A stretch of 64,000 nucleotides of DNA, from assembly GCA_944390355.1 (NCBI GenBank), contig CALXPT010000001.1, positions 47,115-111,114 of the forward strand. The letters are read 5' to 3'. The notes under the pieces are model-generated. The model searched no databases. It saw only the letters and a list, made by a program, of their open reading frames with translations, and was not told the DNA's origin. Shown piece by piece: positions 36,673 through 46,350 of this stretch. Source of the stretch: an uncultured Alphaproteobacteria bacterium. GTDB lineage: Bacteria > Pseudomonadota > Alphaproteobacteria > RF32 > CAG-239. How positions within the stretch are numbered: position 1 is the stretch's first letter; every line of letters starts with the position of its first letter. A program made the position numbers and the translations under genes.

Positions 36673-37566
36673 ATGTATTATCCTCTGCATAAAGGTGATA
36701 AAATCGGGCTGGTTTCGCCCTCGCGCTATGTAACCGAACAAGAAATCAGCAAGGGGGTCGAGTATCTGCGTTCGCTCGGTTTTAATCCCGTGATGGGCAA
36801 AAACGCGTTTAAGTCTTTTCGGTTTATGGCGGGAACACCCGAAGAACGCGCCGAGGATATTATGGGATTTTTCCTTGACCCCGAAATTAAGGCGATTTTT
36901 GCAACTTCGGGTGGCGACGGGAGCCAATATATTTTGCCGTTGCTGGATTTTGCAGCAATAAAACAAAACCCAAAACCGCTTTGGGGTTTTAGCGATACAA
37001 CCGCTTTGCAAAACGCTTTGGTGGAAAAATGCGGCTTAATCTGCCCGTATGGGTTGACGCTGAATTATGACTTTCGCTCGGGTGAGATTAATCCAACGCT
37101 CGGGAACAGCGTGTCAAACATGATTTTCGGCAATGAATTTTGCTATGCTTACGGGCAATCCGTTATCACCGGAACAGCGGAAGGAAAGCTGGTCGGCGGA
37201 TGTCTGAGCTTATTGCGCAACTTGTGTGGGACGCCTTATTTTCCGTCCCTTAACGGGGCAATCTTGCTGGTTGAAGATGAGCAGGAAACAACCTACAAAC
37301 TTGATTTGATGCTGCAACAAATTTCGCAATGCAAAGATTTTGACAAGCTCAGAGGTATTATCTTCGGGCGGTTCTTTGAATGTACCGTGCGGCGGGAAAG
37401 TGACGGAACAATTGATGATGTTATCGCTTATTTTGCCAAACAACTCTCTATTCCGGTGGTTAAAGATTTTCCGATGGGGCATGAATTTAAGCGCGTTATG
37501 CTGCCCTTGGGCGCAGATGTCAAAATCATCAGCTCCTCCCAAGGCTGTCAGGTTTGTTCCCTATAA
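36673..37566 (+). CDS. ldcA: LD-carboxypeptidase (S66 family, LdcA-like)
   Basis: S66 length and layout, GFSDTTAL nucleophile motif. Confidence 0.65.
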   Translation: MYYPLHKGDKIGLVSPSRYVTEQEISKGVEYLRSLGFNPVMGKNAFKSFRFMAGTPEERAEDIMGFFLDPEIKAIFATSGGDGSQYILPLLDFAAIKQNPKPLWGFSDTTALQNALVEKCGLICPYGLTLNYDFRSGEINPTLGNSVSNMIFGNEFCYAYGQSVITGTAEGKLVGGCLSLLRNLCGTPYFPSLNGAILLVEDEQETTYKLDLMLQQISQCKDFDKLRGIIFGRFFECTVRRESDGTIDDVIAYFAKQLSIPVVKDFPMGHEFKRVMLPLGADVKIISSSQGCQVCSL

Positions 37567-38016
37567 ACATTTACGCACAAAAAAAACAGAGAAACGTTTC
37601 TCAACGGTTCTCTGTTCAAGTTTAACCAAAAAAATAATCCATCTAAATGTCTTGAACACAAAGAGAAAGGAGGTGTTCAAGATTTAGAATCCACATAACT
37701 AATTGCTATGACTAAAACGGGGAAGGATGTTTCACAACATATTAATCTTCCCACCAGATCGCTATCTGTTCCACTTAAAATCTAAAACTATGGAATAAAA
37801 GCGTCTCACGACGGTTTGTCTTTAAGCCTAATCAGAGGAAACAAAAATTTCGTCCGTGAGGCTCTATATCTTTGGAAATTATAATCTAAATAATTAATTT
37901 GTGGTTTTCTTCTACTTTGTTTTCTTTATTTTGTCAACATATTTTTTTAAGCTTTTACTTTTTTGTTTTTTTATGCTAAAAATTTTTTATGTTTTGATTT
38001 TCAGAAAGGGATTTTG

Positions 38017-38790
38017 ATGTCTAAAGTTATTACAATGATTCCGGTGCGTATGGCCTCCACCCGCTTGCCGAACAAACCTTTACTTGACGTGAACGGCAAA
38101 AGTGTTTTGCAACGCGTGTATGAAAATGTTAAGGCCGTTGTCCCAGGGGATATTGTCATTGCCGCAGGAGACCAAATTTTGGTGGATGAAGCGCAAAAGT
38201 TCGGGGCAACCGCCATTTTGACCGATCCAAAGCTCCCAAGCGGAACAGATCGTATTGCCGCCGCTTTGCAACAAATTGACCCAGACGGCTCTAAATATGA
38301 CATCGTGGTTGATTTTCAAGGCGACGGGCTCAATGTTGACCCGAAAGTTAATCTCGGTTTGATTGAAATGATTGAACGAACCAACTGCGATATAGCAACC
38401 TGTGGCATGATTTTTAAAAATGAAAAAGATATTCATGACCCGACGATGGTTAAAATCTGCATGGGCTTGCGTGAGGGCGAGACGGAAGGCAGATGTTTGT
38501 ATTTTACACGCGCCGCCGCCCCTTATATTCGCAATCCCGAAAAATGCAAAAATCATGACTATTATCACCATATCGGGATTTATGTTTTCAAGGCCGAATC
38601 GCTGAAAAAAATTGTTTCTCTCCCCATGGGGGTGTTAGAAGAAAAAGAATCTCTCGAACAGCTCCGCGCCCTTGAAAACGGTATGACTATTCGCGCCAAG
38701 ATTATCAATAATATGAAGTTGGTTGATGAAGCTCCGGCGGATATTAACACACCTGAAGAATATGCCGAGGCTTGTAAGTGGATTAAATAA
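38017..38790 (+). CDS. kdsB: 3-deoxy-manno-octulosonate cytidylyltransferase
   Basis: IPVRMASTRLPNKPL signature; start at MSKVI with Shine-Dalgarno. Confidence 0.85.
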   Translation: MSKVITMIPVRMASTRLPNKPLLDVNGKSVLQRVYENVKAVVPGDIVIAAGDQILVDEAQKFGATAILTDPKLPSGTDRIAAALQQIDPDGSKYDIVVDFQGDGLNVDPKVNLGLIEMIERTNCDIATCGMIFKNEKDIHDPTMVKICMGLREGETEGRCLYFTRAAAPYIRNPEKCKNHDYYHHIGIYVFKAESLKKIVSLPMGVLEEKESLEQLRALENGMTIRAKIINNMKLVDEAPADINTPEEYAEACKWIK

Positions 38791-38964
38791 ATTTTTATCG
38801 CTTAAGTTTTGTTACGCCTGAGTTTAGAACTCGGGCGTTTTTTTGTAAAAAGAATTCGTGCAAACCCTTGTCCAGCCCCGAAAATTTCTATTGAAAGGAT
38901 TTTTTTCTTGTGGTATAATACGAGTCGTGAAGACAAGTGTAATTTAGAAATTTTGAGGTGTATT

Positions 38965-39840
38965 ATGATGAAAAATGGTTACCTATTGCTGTGTGCAACA
39001 GCATTAAGCTTGGCTTGTGTATCTAATCAAGCTCAAGCATCAATTAATTTTAATCTCAAAGCACCTCCGATTCTAAATGTGGTTGACAGACACACACAAC
39101 ACACACCGAATTTATCAGCCCGAAGCTTGTCTTCCCCCTTTTCTAAAGAAAGAGAATTTAAGGTTGCGCAAGTTTGTTGGATAACCGATACGGATGACTG
39201 CGGCGGGGCGGATTTTGTCGGTACGGATTTAGAAAGCGGCACACCGGAAGTTATTCCCCCTGGGGGCGGAGATGCCGAAAGCTGTATCCGAATGGGGTAT
39301 GATAAAACCTCGTGTCCGAGCGGCTATAAGGGCAACAAATATTGCCCGCTCAATAATGCCTATTTTGCCGAATGTATTCCGGATTGTCCGAGCAGTTACG
39401 TAACTTGTCAATCGCCACAGCAAGGCGTTGGAGAGGTTTGCGGCAACGGGTTATACAAAGACTGCTGTATGCCGACGTGTTCGTCAGATTATAAATATAC
39501 GCTGGGTTCAATTCCCGACGGTTATGAGGCGGACGGCGAGCCCTGTATGGAATGCGACGAGGGCGGATTGAAAATCAAAGAAAAATACAAAATCAAAGAG
39601 AAAGACTGTTCTGGCTTTATAGATTGCGGCGATATGGGATGCAAGGCCGGAGCGACGACGTGTCAAAGCGGAAGTCAGGTTAAGTGTTCGGAATGTGAAC
39701 CCTGCCCGAATCTTGGCACGGAGAGCGAATGTCCGCCGTGCTCGGTTTGCACTTATGAAGAATGCTCGAATTTATATGTTGTAACCGGTTGTGCAACCGG
39801 CTGCACCGACTGGTGCGACTATTGCGCGTTTGAACAATAA
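38965..39840 (+). CDS. Secreted cysteine-rich protein, cassette copy 2
   Basis: ~80% identical to the 13297..14157 product (same signal peptide, same Cys framework, identical C-terminus GCATGCTDWCDYCAFEQ). Confidence 0.7.
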   Translation: MMKNGYLLLCATALSLACVSNQAQASINFNLKAPPILNVVDRHTQHTPNLSARSLSSPFSKEREFKVAQVCWITDTDDCGGADFVGTDLESGTPEVIPPGGGDAESCIRMGYDKTSCPSGYKGNKYCPLNNAYFAECIPDCPSSYVTCQSPQQGVGEVCGNGLYKDCCMPTCSSDYKYTLGSIPDGYEADGEPCMECDEGGLKIKEKYKIKEKDCSGFIDCGDMGCKAGATTCQSGSQVKCSECEPCPNLGTESECPPCSVCTYEECSNLYVVTGCATGCTDWCDYCAFEQ

Positions 39841-39874
39841 CTTAGAACTGAAATTATTATCAAGGAGATGTGTT

Positions 39875-40789
39875 ATGCAAAAATTTTTATTATATTCATC
39901 AGCTTTGTTTCTATTGAGCGGTGCTGCGGAAGCAGCCTGTATTCAAACCCCGACTTGTTCAAGCTTGGGATATACCTCGAGTTCATCCTGCAACGGCGGA
40001 ATCAAATGCCCGTTCGGCAATGCATGGAATTGTACAATCATAGATAAAATCACGGAAATCACGAATAAGATTACAACCATTGAAGAAAAAATAACCGTGA
40101 TAGAAGAGAACGGTGGCAGCAGCTCTACGCCTGATTACAGTAATTGCAAAATCGGATCTATCTTGTATTCGGATTTTAGCTGTAACGAAAATGTTGTTTA
40201 TACTAAAGAACCAATCGGCGTGGTGTTTGATGAGGTAAACCATTTGGCTGTTGCTTTGGAGGAAAAAGAAAATGTTGCGTGGTCAACGACTGCTTTTGAT
40301 ATTCCAGGGCTCGATTTGCACCCAAGTGATGCTGAATATGATGGATGGGGAAAAAAGAACACTCGTGTAATTTATGAATATTGCAAAGCAAACGGCAAAA
40401 GCTGTCCGGCAGTGGAATATGCCTATGAATACACAACCGCCGGTACAAGTGCCGGTGATTGGCATTTGCCATCTTATGTGGAGTTTGACTATATTAGCAC
40501 TAACACGAGTACCATCAATGATACTATTAAGAAAATAAATAAAAAGCCTCTTTATGATTATTCAAATTACCATGGAAACATGCAGCAACATGTTTATTAC
40601 GTCTATTATTGGACTTCAACAGCGATAGATAAACAAAATGTTTATACATTCGGGGGTGATTATTATGGCGATAGGCGTATTATAGAAAAAACATTAATAA
40701 ATCATACAGATACCGGAAGTAGTATTTATGATGGATTTACTGGTTATTATCATTATGTTTACATATCTCGTCCAGTCATTGCTTTCTAA
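39875..40789 (+). CDS. Secreted DUF1566 (Lcl-like) protein with a shorter NKIT repeat tract, cassette copy 2
   Basis: N-terminal ~55 aa nearly identical to copy 1, fewer heptad repeats, diverged DUF1566-like C-domain (GDWHLP, YWTST). Confidence 0.65.
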   Translation: MQKFLLYSSALFLLSGAAEAACIQTPTCSSLGYTSSSSCNGGIKCPFGNAWNCTIIDKITEITNKITTIEEKITVIEENGGSSSTPDYSNCKIGSILYSDFSCNENVVYTKEPIGVVFDEVNHLAVALEEKENVAWSTTAFDIPGLDLHPSDAEYDGWGKKNTRVIYEYCKANGKSCPAVEYAYEYTTAGTSAGDWHLPSYVEFDYISTNTSTINDTIKKINKKPLYDYSNYHGNMQQHVYYVYYWTSTAIDKQNVYTFGGDYYGDRRIIEKTLINHTDTGSSIYDGFTGYYHYVYISRPVIAF

Positions 40790-40797
40790 AAAAAATA

Positions 40798-40833
40798 AAG
40801 GCTGTTGGGGAAGCAACAGCCTTTATTTTTTAT
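40798..40833. terminator. Bidirectional terminator
   Basis: aaaggctgttg-gggaag-caacagccttt followed by a T-run. Confidence 0.65.
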
Positions 40834-41495
40834 TCTCTTGTGGTGTTGGCGAGTAGCCAGTTTTTAAATTCTACAACATCCCTCACCTCGGGAATCCAGT
40901 TTAAGTCCGTCGGCAGGTCGGTGGTGAACTCGCTCCGCATTCTGACCGGATGCGCCCCGACGTTTATGGCGGCGTACTGATTGTATATTCGGTCATCAAC
41001 CAAAACGGTTTCTTCCGCCTTTAGGCCATATTTTTCAAAGCAAGCTTTCAACATATCTTCTTTGGCCGTGTCGTGCATAAATTTGCCGTGCTGAACGCAT
41101 TCTATGGTCAAAAAATCACTCACGTCTTTTAACAAATGGTTTAATAATTTTTTCTTGGTTTCAACATCAAAAGTTGCCGACATGGTAAACTGTTTGTACC
41201 CCAAGTTATGCAATTCTTTCAATGTTTCAATCACATTCGGGTATAGCGGGCGGTTGGAAAAAAACTCATAACTGCTACAAAAGTCCTTATCCATCTCCAC
41301 GCCCAAGCTCGGATGGGTTTTCAACTCCAAGGCTCCGTATTTTTCCTCAACAGGCAGCACCTTGGGCAAGTCCGACCACTCTATGTCCTTATACAGCGGC
41401 GCATATTTGGGATGCTTGGTTAAAAAATTATAGTACGCGTAATTTAAATTAGCCAAAACCCCGTCTACATCCCAGAATATGTTTTTGATTATCAT
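40830..41495 (-). CDS. HAD-family hydrolase (5'(3')-deoxyribonucleotidase-like)
   Basis: Motif I FWDVDGVL. Confidence 0.5.
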   Translation of the reverse strand: MIIKNIFWDVDGVLANLNYAYYNFLTKHPKYAPLYKDIEWSDLPKVLPVEEKYGALELKTHPSLGVEMDKDFCSSYEFFSNRPLYPNVIETLKELHNLGYKQFTMSATFDVETKKKLLNHLLKDVSDFLTIECVQHGKFMHDTAKEDMLKACFEKYGLKAEETVLVDDRIYNQYAAINVGAHPVRMRSEFTTDLPTDLNWIPEVRDVVEFKNWLLANTTRE

Positions 41496-41583
41496 TCTAT
41501 CCTCTTTTGATTTGATTTATTTTTTATTCTGCGCTATTTTATCTTCCATGCTCTTATTATTCAACCGATTTCTTTGGAATACA

Positions 41584-42330
41584 ATGCAAAATTACACTCA
41601 AGATTATTTGCTCGATAAGCAGGTCAAAATTTTTCAACCGATTAACGGATACCGCGCCTCAACCGATGCCGTGTTCTTATCCGCTATGGTTTCCTCCGTT
41701 AGAAACGGTGATAAAATTTTGGATGTCGGCTCCGGTACGGGGGCTGTTTCTCTTTGCTTGGCGGAGAGATTCAAACATCTGCAAATTTCTATCAACGGTT
41801 TTGAAATTCAACCCGAACTTGCCGAGCTTGCAAACTTAAGTGCTAAAGAAAACGGTTTTGATTTTCTTAAATTTATTAATACCGACATTGCCTCTCCCTT
41901 GCCCGATGGACTCCGATTTTGCAGCTTTAATCATGTGGTTTCGAATCCCCCCTATGCGCTGAAAGATTTGCCCTCTCCCAACAAAAGCAAAGCTACCGCT
42001 CATAACCTAAATCATATGACCTTAACCCAATGGATTAACTTTTGTATCAAAATGACGGCTCCCAAAGGTTTTATCTACCTTGTTAATCGGGCTGAGGCTC
42101 TGGATGAAATTTTATTTGCTTTATACCCTAAAACCGGAAATATTCATATTTTGCCGCTCTTTTCCAAACAGGGGCAAGAAGCCAAGCGCGTGCTTGTTTC
42201 CGCACAAAAGGACTCTAAAGCTCCTCTTATCCTGCATGAGGGAATTGTTGTTCATGATGAAAACGGGGCATACTCTCCCGCGGCTGAAAAAATTCTGCGA
42301 GCCGGCAAGGCTTTTAGTCTGTCCTACTAG
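41584..42330 (+). CDS. N6-adenine methyltransferase, TrmN6/YfiC-like (tRNA m6A37)
   Basis: SAM motif VLDVGSGTG and catalytic NPPY (VVSNPPYA); start chosen at the internal Met, giving ~248 aa. Confidence 0.65.
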   Translation: MQNYTQDYLLDKQVKIFQPINGYRASTDAVFLSAMVSSVRNGDKILDVGSGTGAVSLCLAERFKHLQISINGFEIQPELAELANLSAKENGFDFLKFINTDIASPLPDGLRFCSFNHVVSNPPYALKDLPSPNKSKATAHNLNHMTLTQWINFCIKMTAPKGFIYLVNRAEALDEILFALYPKTGNIHILPLFSKQGQEAKRVLVSAQKDSKAPLILHEGIVVHDENGAYSPAAEKILRAGKAFSLSY

Positions 42331-43549
42331 TCCCGAAGTATGCTATCGGCTTATCGTTCATTGTTGCACTTTCTAATGCCTGATAGGCTTCGCTTAGAAG
42401 TTTTTTATAAGAATCGGCCGGCTCCGGATATGTGCATACGCCAAAACGGCTCTTGATTTGGTATGTTGTAAAATTATCTTCCAACGGAGCTTCTAAAGTT
42501 GATTTAATTTGGGATATTTTGGCGGTAAGCTTTTCTTCCGAATCTATTTGCGGTATGAGCAAGCAATACTCGTTTTCTTTTGAGCCATGCGCCAACGTAT
42601 AATTGCTTTCAAAACAAGTCAGCACTCGTGCCAAAATTTTTTTAAATGCCTGCTTATCCTCTCTCTTTTCAAAAATCGACGGATTTTCTATTCTGAAATA
42701 ACCTACCGCACTTTGCTCTCTGCCAAAACTAATCATGCTACTGCCTGACGGGTGGGTGCGTAATGCAACCTTTACTCTGTCTTCAAATAGCTGGTATATC
42801 GGTAATCCCGTTTCCGAATTGTAAAGTGAAACCTTGTTCTCTCCGATCATCGGGGATGTTCCAAGCAATATAAAACTAAAAGAATGGTCGTCCGGTATAT
42901 ATATTCCCTCAAAATCGACCTTTATCACGTCTCCGTTTTTGTTTTTTAAGCCTATGGGTATAACTTGTCCTTCTGTTAATACGCCGCCTATTCCAACGGA
43001 TACTTTGTCCCAATATTCCGAGGATACATACTGAAAAAAGTTGTTATCTATTACATCAAATTCGTTTTCATAACCGATTTGTTTTAAAAAAGTTGCGTTT
43101 ACATATACTATTTTATCATCACTAATTATTGCTACCAAGCGAGGAGATTTGGCAAAAACTTTGAGAATTAAGTCCCTTAGTGAAAGTGTGATATTTTCCA
43201 GATTGCTTTTCACCTCCGGTTCTTGCCTATTATGACTTTCTTTTGAAATATACTCTCTTTCTATTTCTTCCGTATCTTCTTGTGCTGCGTACGGCGGCAG
43301 TTCCGGTATCGCTTCCAATTTCATTGACTGTGCCGCCGTAGGCTGAGAAGCCTTTATTGCTTTTGGGGGATTATTATTTTCCGGCTTTCTATCTTCTTCT
43401 CCATCCAACGCTTCCAACTTGTCCAACAACACGTTGTAATCTTTTGCTTTAGCTAAAATAGAGGTATCTATCTCTTTTAGCGAATTATCGTTGCTAATTG
43501 TTTCCAAATATTCCAAAGACGAAAAATCTTCTATCGGATTTTGCATCAT
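42314..43549 (-). CDS. PAS plus degenerate GGDEF-domain protein with acidic N-terminus
   Basis: PAS-like segment followed by a GGDEF-like domain in which the GG(D/E)EF site reads GSKENEY; C-terminal GGDEF elements (SRFGVCTYP, AYQALESA) are retained. Confidence 0.5.
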   Translation of the reverse strand: MMQNPIEDFSSLEYLETISNDNSLKEIDTSILAKAKDYNVLLDKLEALDGEEDRKPENNNPPKAIKASQPTAAQSMKLEAIPELPPYAAQEDTEEIEREYISKESHNRQEPEVKSNLENITLSLRDLILKVFAKSPRLVAIISDDKIVYVNATFLKQIGYENEFDVIDNNFFQYVSSEYWDKVSVGIGGVLTEGQVIPIGLKNKNGDVIKVDFEGIYIPDDHSFSFILLGTSPMIGENKVSLYNSETGLPIYQLFEDRVKVALRTHPSGSSMISFGREQSAVGYFRIENPSIFEKREDKQAFKKILARVLTCFESNYTLAHGSKENEYCLLIPQIDSEEKLTAKISQIKSTLEAPLEDNFTTYQIKSRFGVCTYPEPADSYKKLLSEAYQALESATMNDKPIAYFGTSRTD

Positions 43550-43687
43550 CTATATTCTCCGTTATTTCCTTTTCTATATAGATTAATATTTATTAAAAAA
43601 AATGCAATTAGTTAAATTTTTGCTGTTTATTAATAAATTTGTTTTATTTTAACTTATAAGTATTTAGTTTTTTTAGAGAATATTCAT

Positions 43688-45763
43688 ATGAGTGAAGAAG
43701 AGCTTTTAACACAGCATATTAATCAGGAGACAGAAAGTACTCCACAAACAGATGCTCAAGAAACTGTTTTGGGGATGCCGCTTTCTAAAGAAACTTTTAA
43801 AAAAGTTTTAATCAAAGATCGTTTTGAGATTAATTTTGATGCTTCTATCCCTTGGTTAAATAATAATGGGGCTACCGCCTATGCCGTTTCGGATAGAATC
43901 GACACGGCTCGCAAACTTTTTGCTCTTGTGTGTGATGGTGAGACTTCTCCCAGACTTTCTATTCTACCATATCTTAAATCTATTGATAATCCGGCTCTCT
44001 TAAAACTTGTCGAATTCGGAACGGTTTGTTTGCCCGAAACAAAAAAGCATCGTATGGTTCTTATTTATGAGATGCCTTTGGGTGGAAAAGTTTTTGAAAA
44101 TGGAGTTTGTACCCTTGATTTTAAAAACAATCATGAGAAATTTAAAAATGTTATTTTAAGTTTTTTGGTTTTGTCTGAAACGCTTAAGAGCATGAACATT
44201 ACTCATCGCGCTATTCGCCCCGATAACCTCTATTTTATTGATGAAAACAAAAGCGAGATTGTTATTGGTGATTGTATTGCCGCTTTTCCTGCTTATTATC
44301 AACCTGCTGTTTATGAGGCTATTGACAGTCTATATGCTGACAAATTAGCAAGAGGAAACGGCAATGAGAAAAATGATATTTATTCTATCGGTATGACTGC
44401 TCTCGCTCTTTATGTCGGACACGAAATTTCTACCAATATTACTGATGCTGAGACCCTAAGATTGAAAATTCGTAAAAGTTCTTTTTCTTTTATTTCTAGT
44501 GTCGAAAAAATTCCTACTGATTTTAGCTCTTTATTTAAAGGTATGTTAAATGATGACAGCGGATTGCGCTGGGGCTATTCTCAGGTTTTGAGTTTTTTTT
44601 CCGGAAAACAAGTCAGCTTGGGAAATAACTCAAGTTCCGAGCGTCCCAAAAGAGCCTTAAACATTGATGGAGAAAAAGTCTATATGCCAAGAGATGTGGT
44701 ATATAGCATGCATAATAATATTTCTGAAGCTTATGATTTGATTATCCGCGGAAAACTTTCTGATTGGGCTAAAAACGGTTTGGAAAACGAAAAACTCGCA
44801 TCTCAAATCGATGCCATCGTCAAACAAGAGTTATCTTCGGCAGGAAATAAGGATTTAACTATCGCTCGCATCTCTATACTTATTGACCATTCTTTGCCTA
44901 TTCGCTATCGAAATATCTCTTTCTTTCCTGACGGTATTGCCAAAGCCGTTTTCCATGAAATGAAAAATAAAAAATCTATTAAAGATTATAACGATATTTT
45001 TTCTACCGATTTGATTAAACTTTGGTATCAGATGCAGGAAAGTTTACGCGCTCCCGGAAATATTACTGAATTTCGGGTCTATATCATGCGATCTGAAATC
45101 GGATATGGTATTGAACGTATTATTTATGATATTGACAATGATTTACCTTGCATCAGCTCATTATTTGAAAACGAATTCGTTTCTAGTGCTCCTCAGGTCT
45201 TGAAAGCATTAAATGCATCTTTTGAGCAAACAAATATTACCTCTCAACCGTATGACAGATCAATTATTGCCTTTCTTAGATGCAAAATGGGCAAGAAAAT
45301 CGACAATTATTTGGCAGGATTATATTCAAATCGCAGTGAAATTAAAGCTTCTGCTATCTTGCAACTCTATTCCATGATGCAAACTAAATTCGGCCCTTCC
45401 GAACTTGTTAATTTGGCTCGGTGGTTGGTTAATTATTGTAAACCGATGATTTTGGTCTATCATAATAAAAAATACCAAAAATATTTAGAAAAAGAGCTTG
45501 TTAAGATTTATCAACATGGAAAATTATATGAAATTTTGAATTTACTTGAAAATGAAGCTGCTTTGGAAAAAGACAGAAATGATTTTGCGGCTATCCTTAA
45601 CGAAGTTAATCTTTTGCTCCTTGAAAAAAATAAAATTTCTGATTATATGGCAAAACTTGGAGAATCCGCTCGAGCTTCAGCTCTCAAACTGGCTTCTTTC
45701 GTTTCTGTTTTAGTTATGATTGCTTCTTTTGCCTACAATCTTATCTCTTGGGTGTTAAATTAA
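43688..45763 (+). CDS. Protein-kinase-like fold protein (probable pseudokinase) with C-terminal TM anchor, 691 aa
   Basis: Subdomain VIb-like HRAIRPDN (catalytic Asp replaced by Ala), VII-like IGDCIAA, IX-like DIYSIGMTALAL; C-terminal hydrophobic tail; AT-rich gene. Confidence 0.45.
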   Translation: MSEEELLTQHINQETESTPQTDAQETVLGMPLSKETFKKVLIKDRFEINFDASIPWLNNNGATAYAVSDRIDTARKLFALVCDGETSPRLSILPYLKSIDNPALLKLVEFGTVCLPETKKHRMVLIYEMPLGGKVFENGVCTLDFKNNHEKFKNVILSFLVLSETLKSMNITHRAIRPDNLYFIDENKSEIVIGDCIAAFPAYYQPAVYEAIDSLYADKLARGNGNEKNDIYSIGMTALALYVGHEISTNITDAETLRLKIRKSSFSFISSVEKIPTDFSSLFKGMLNDDSGLRWGYSQVLSFFSGKQVSLGNNSSSERPKRALNIDGEKVYMPRDVVYSMHNNISEAYDLIIRGKLSDWAKNGLENEKLASQIDAIVKQELSSAGNKDLTIARISILIDHSLPIRYRNISFFPDGIAKAVFHEMKNKKSIKDYNDIFSTDLIKLWYQMQESLRAPGNITEFRVYIMRSEIGYGIERIIYDIDNDLPCISSLFENEFVSSAPQVLKALNASFEQTNITSQPYDRSIIAFLRCKMGKKIDNYLAGLYSNRSEIKASAILQLYSMMQTKFGPSELVNLARWLVNYCKPMILVYHNKKYQKYLEKELVKIYQHGKLYEILNLLENEAALEKDRNDFAAILNEVNLLLLEKNKISDYMAKLGESARASALKLASFVSVLVMIASFAYNLISWVLN

Positions 45764-46263
45764 TGATGGACTCTAATAAAAAATCTGGATTTAATCTTAT
45801 AAAGGCTGTTAAAGGGTTTTCTTTGCTGCAGAAAGTTTTGCTTGCCTTTTTCTTAGTTATTTTAACCATCGTTTCTTTCCCGATTGTTTTTATTTTGATA
45901 TTTGGTTTGTTACCGACTATTACCGTGATGTATACTGCTCCTGATAATTATGATAAGCAGCTTATTATCGGTTGTTTTAATATTTCCGGCGTATTCTTTT
46001 ATTTGTTTGGGTTGCTTGCCGGTTTTGGAGAAGGCGTTACCAATGGCATTGCTGATAATATATTCATGATTATTGTCATGCTCTCTACGGCAGCTATTGG
46101 TGTTATTGTCTATTCCGAGCTTCCTAATCTTTATGCTTATATTTATAAAATTTCAGCACAAAAACGCATTGAAAAAATTAATGCCCGTTTAGAAAAACTT
46201 AGAGAAGAATGGGGCGAAGAACTTGTTCAGCGTACCAAAAGTCAAAATGAAAAAGGAAATTAA
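45763..46263 (+). CDS. Membrane protein (4 TM), translationally coupled to the kinase-like gene
   Basis: ATG overlaps the upstream stop (TAATG). Confidence 0.5.
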   Translation: MMDSNKKSGFNLIKAVKGFSLLQKVLLAFFLVILTIVSFPIVFILIFGLLPTITVMYTAPDNYDKQLIIGCFNISGVFFYLFGLLAGFGEGVTNGIADNIFMIIVMLSTAAIGVIVYSELPNLYAYIYKISAQKRIEKINARLEKLREEWGEELVQRTKSQNEKGN

Positions 46264-46350
46264 TTGTCATTAACTCAAGGCTGAAGTTGACTCTTTTATT
46301 TCTTCTTGCTATTTTTTTTATGGGTTAGGTCGTTTTGTTTTGAGGGGCTT

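Noticed and set aside
35473-37011. Minus-strand ORFs of 170 and 316 aa
   Set aside because: They are antisense to the mpl and ldcA genes, which have clear domain signatures.
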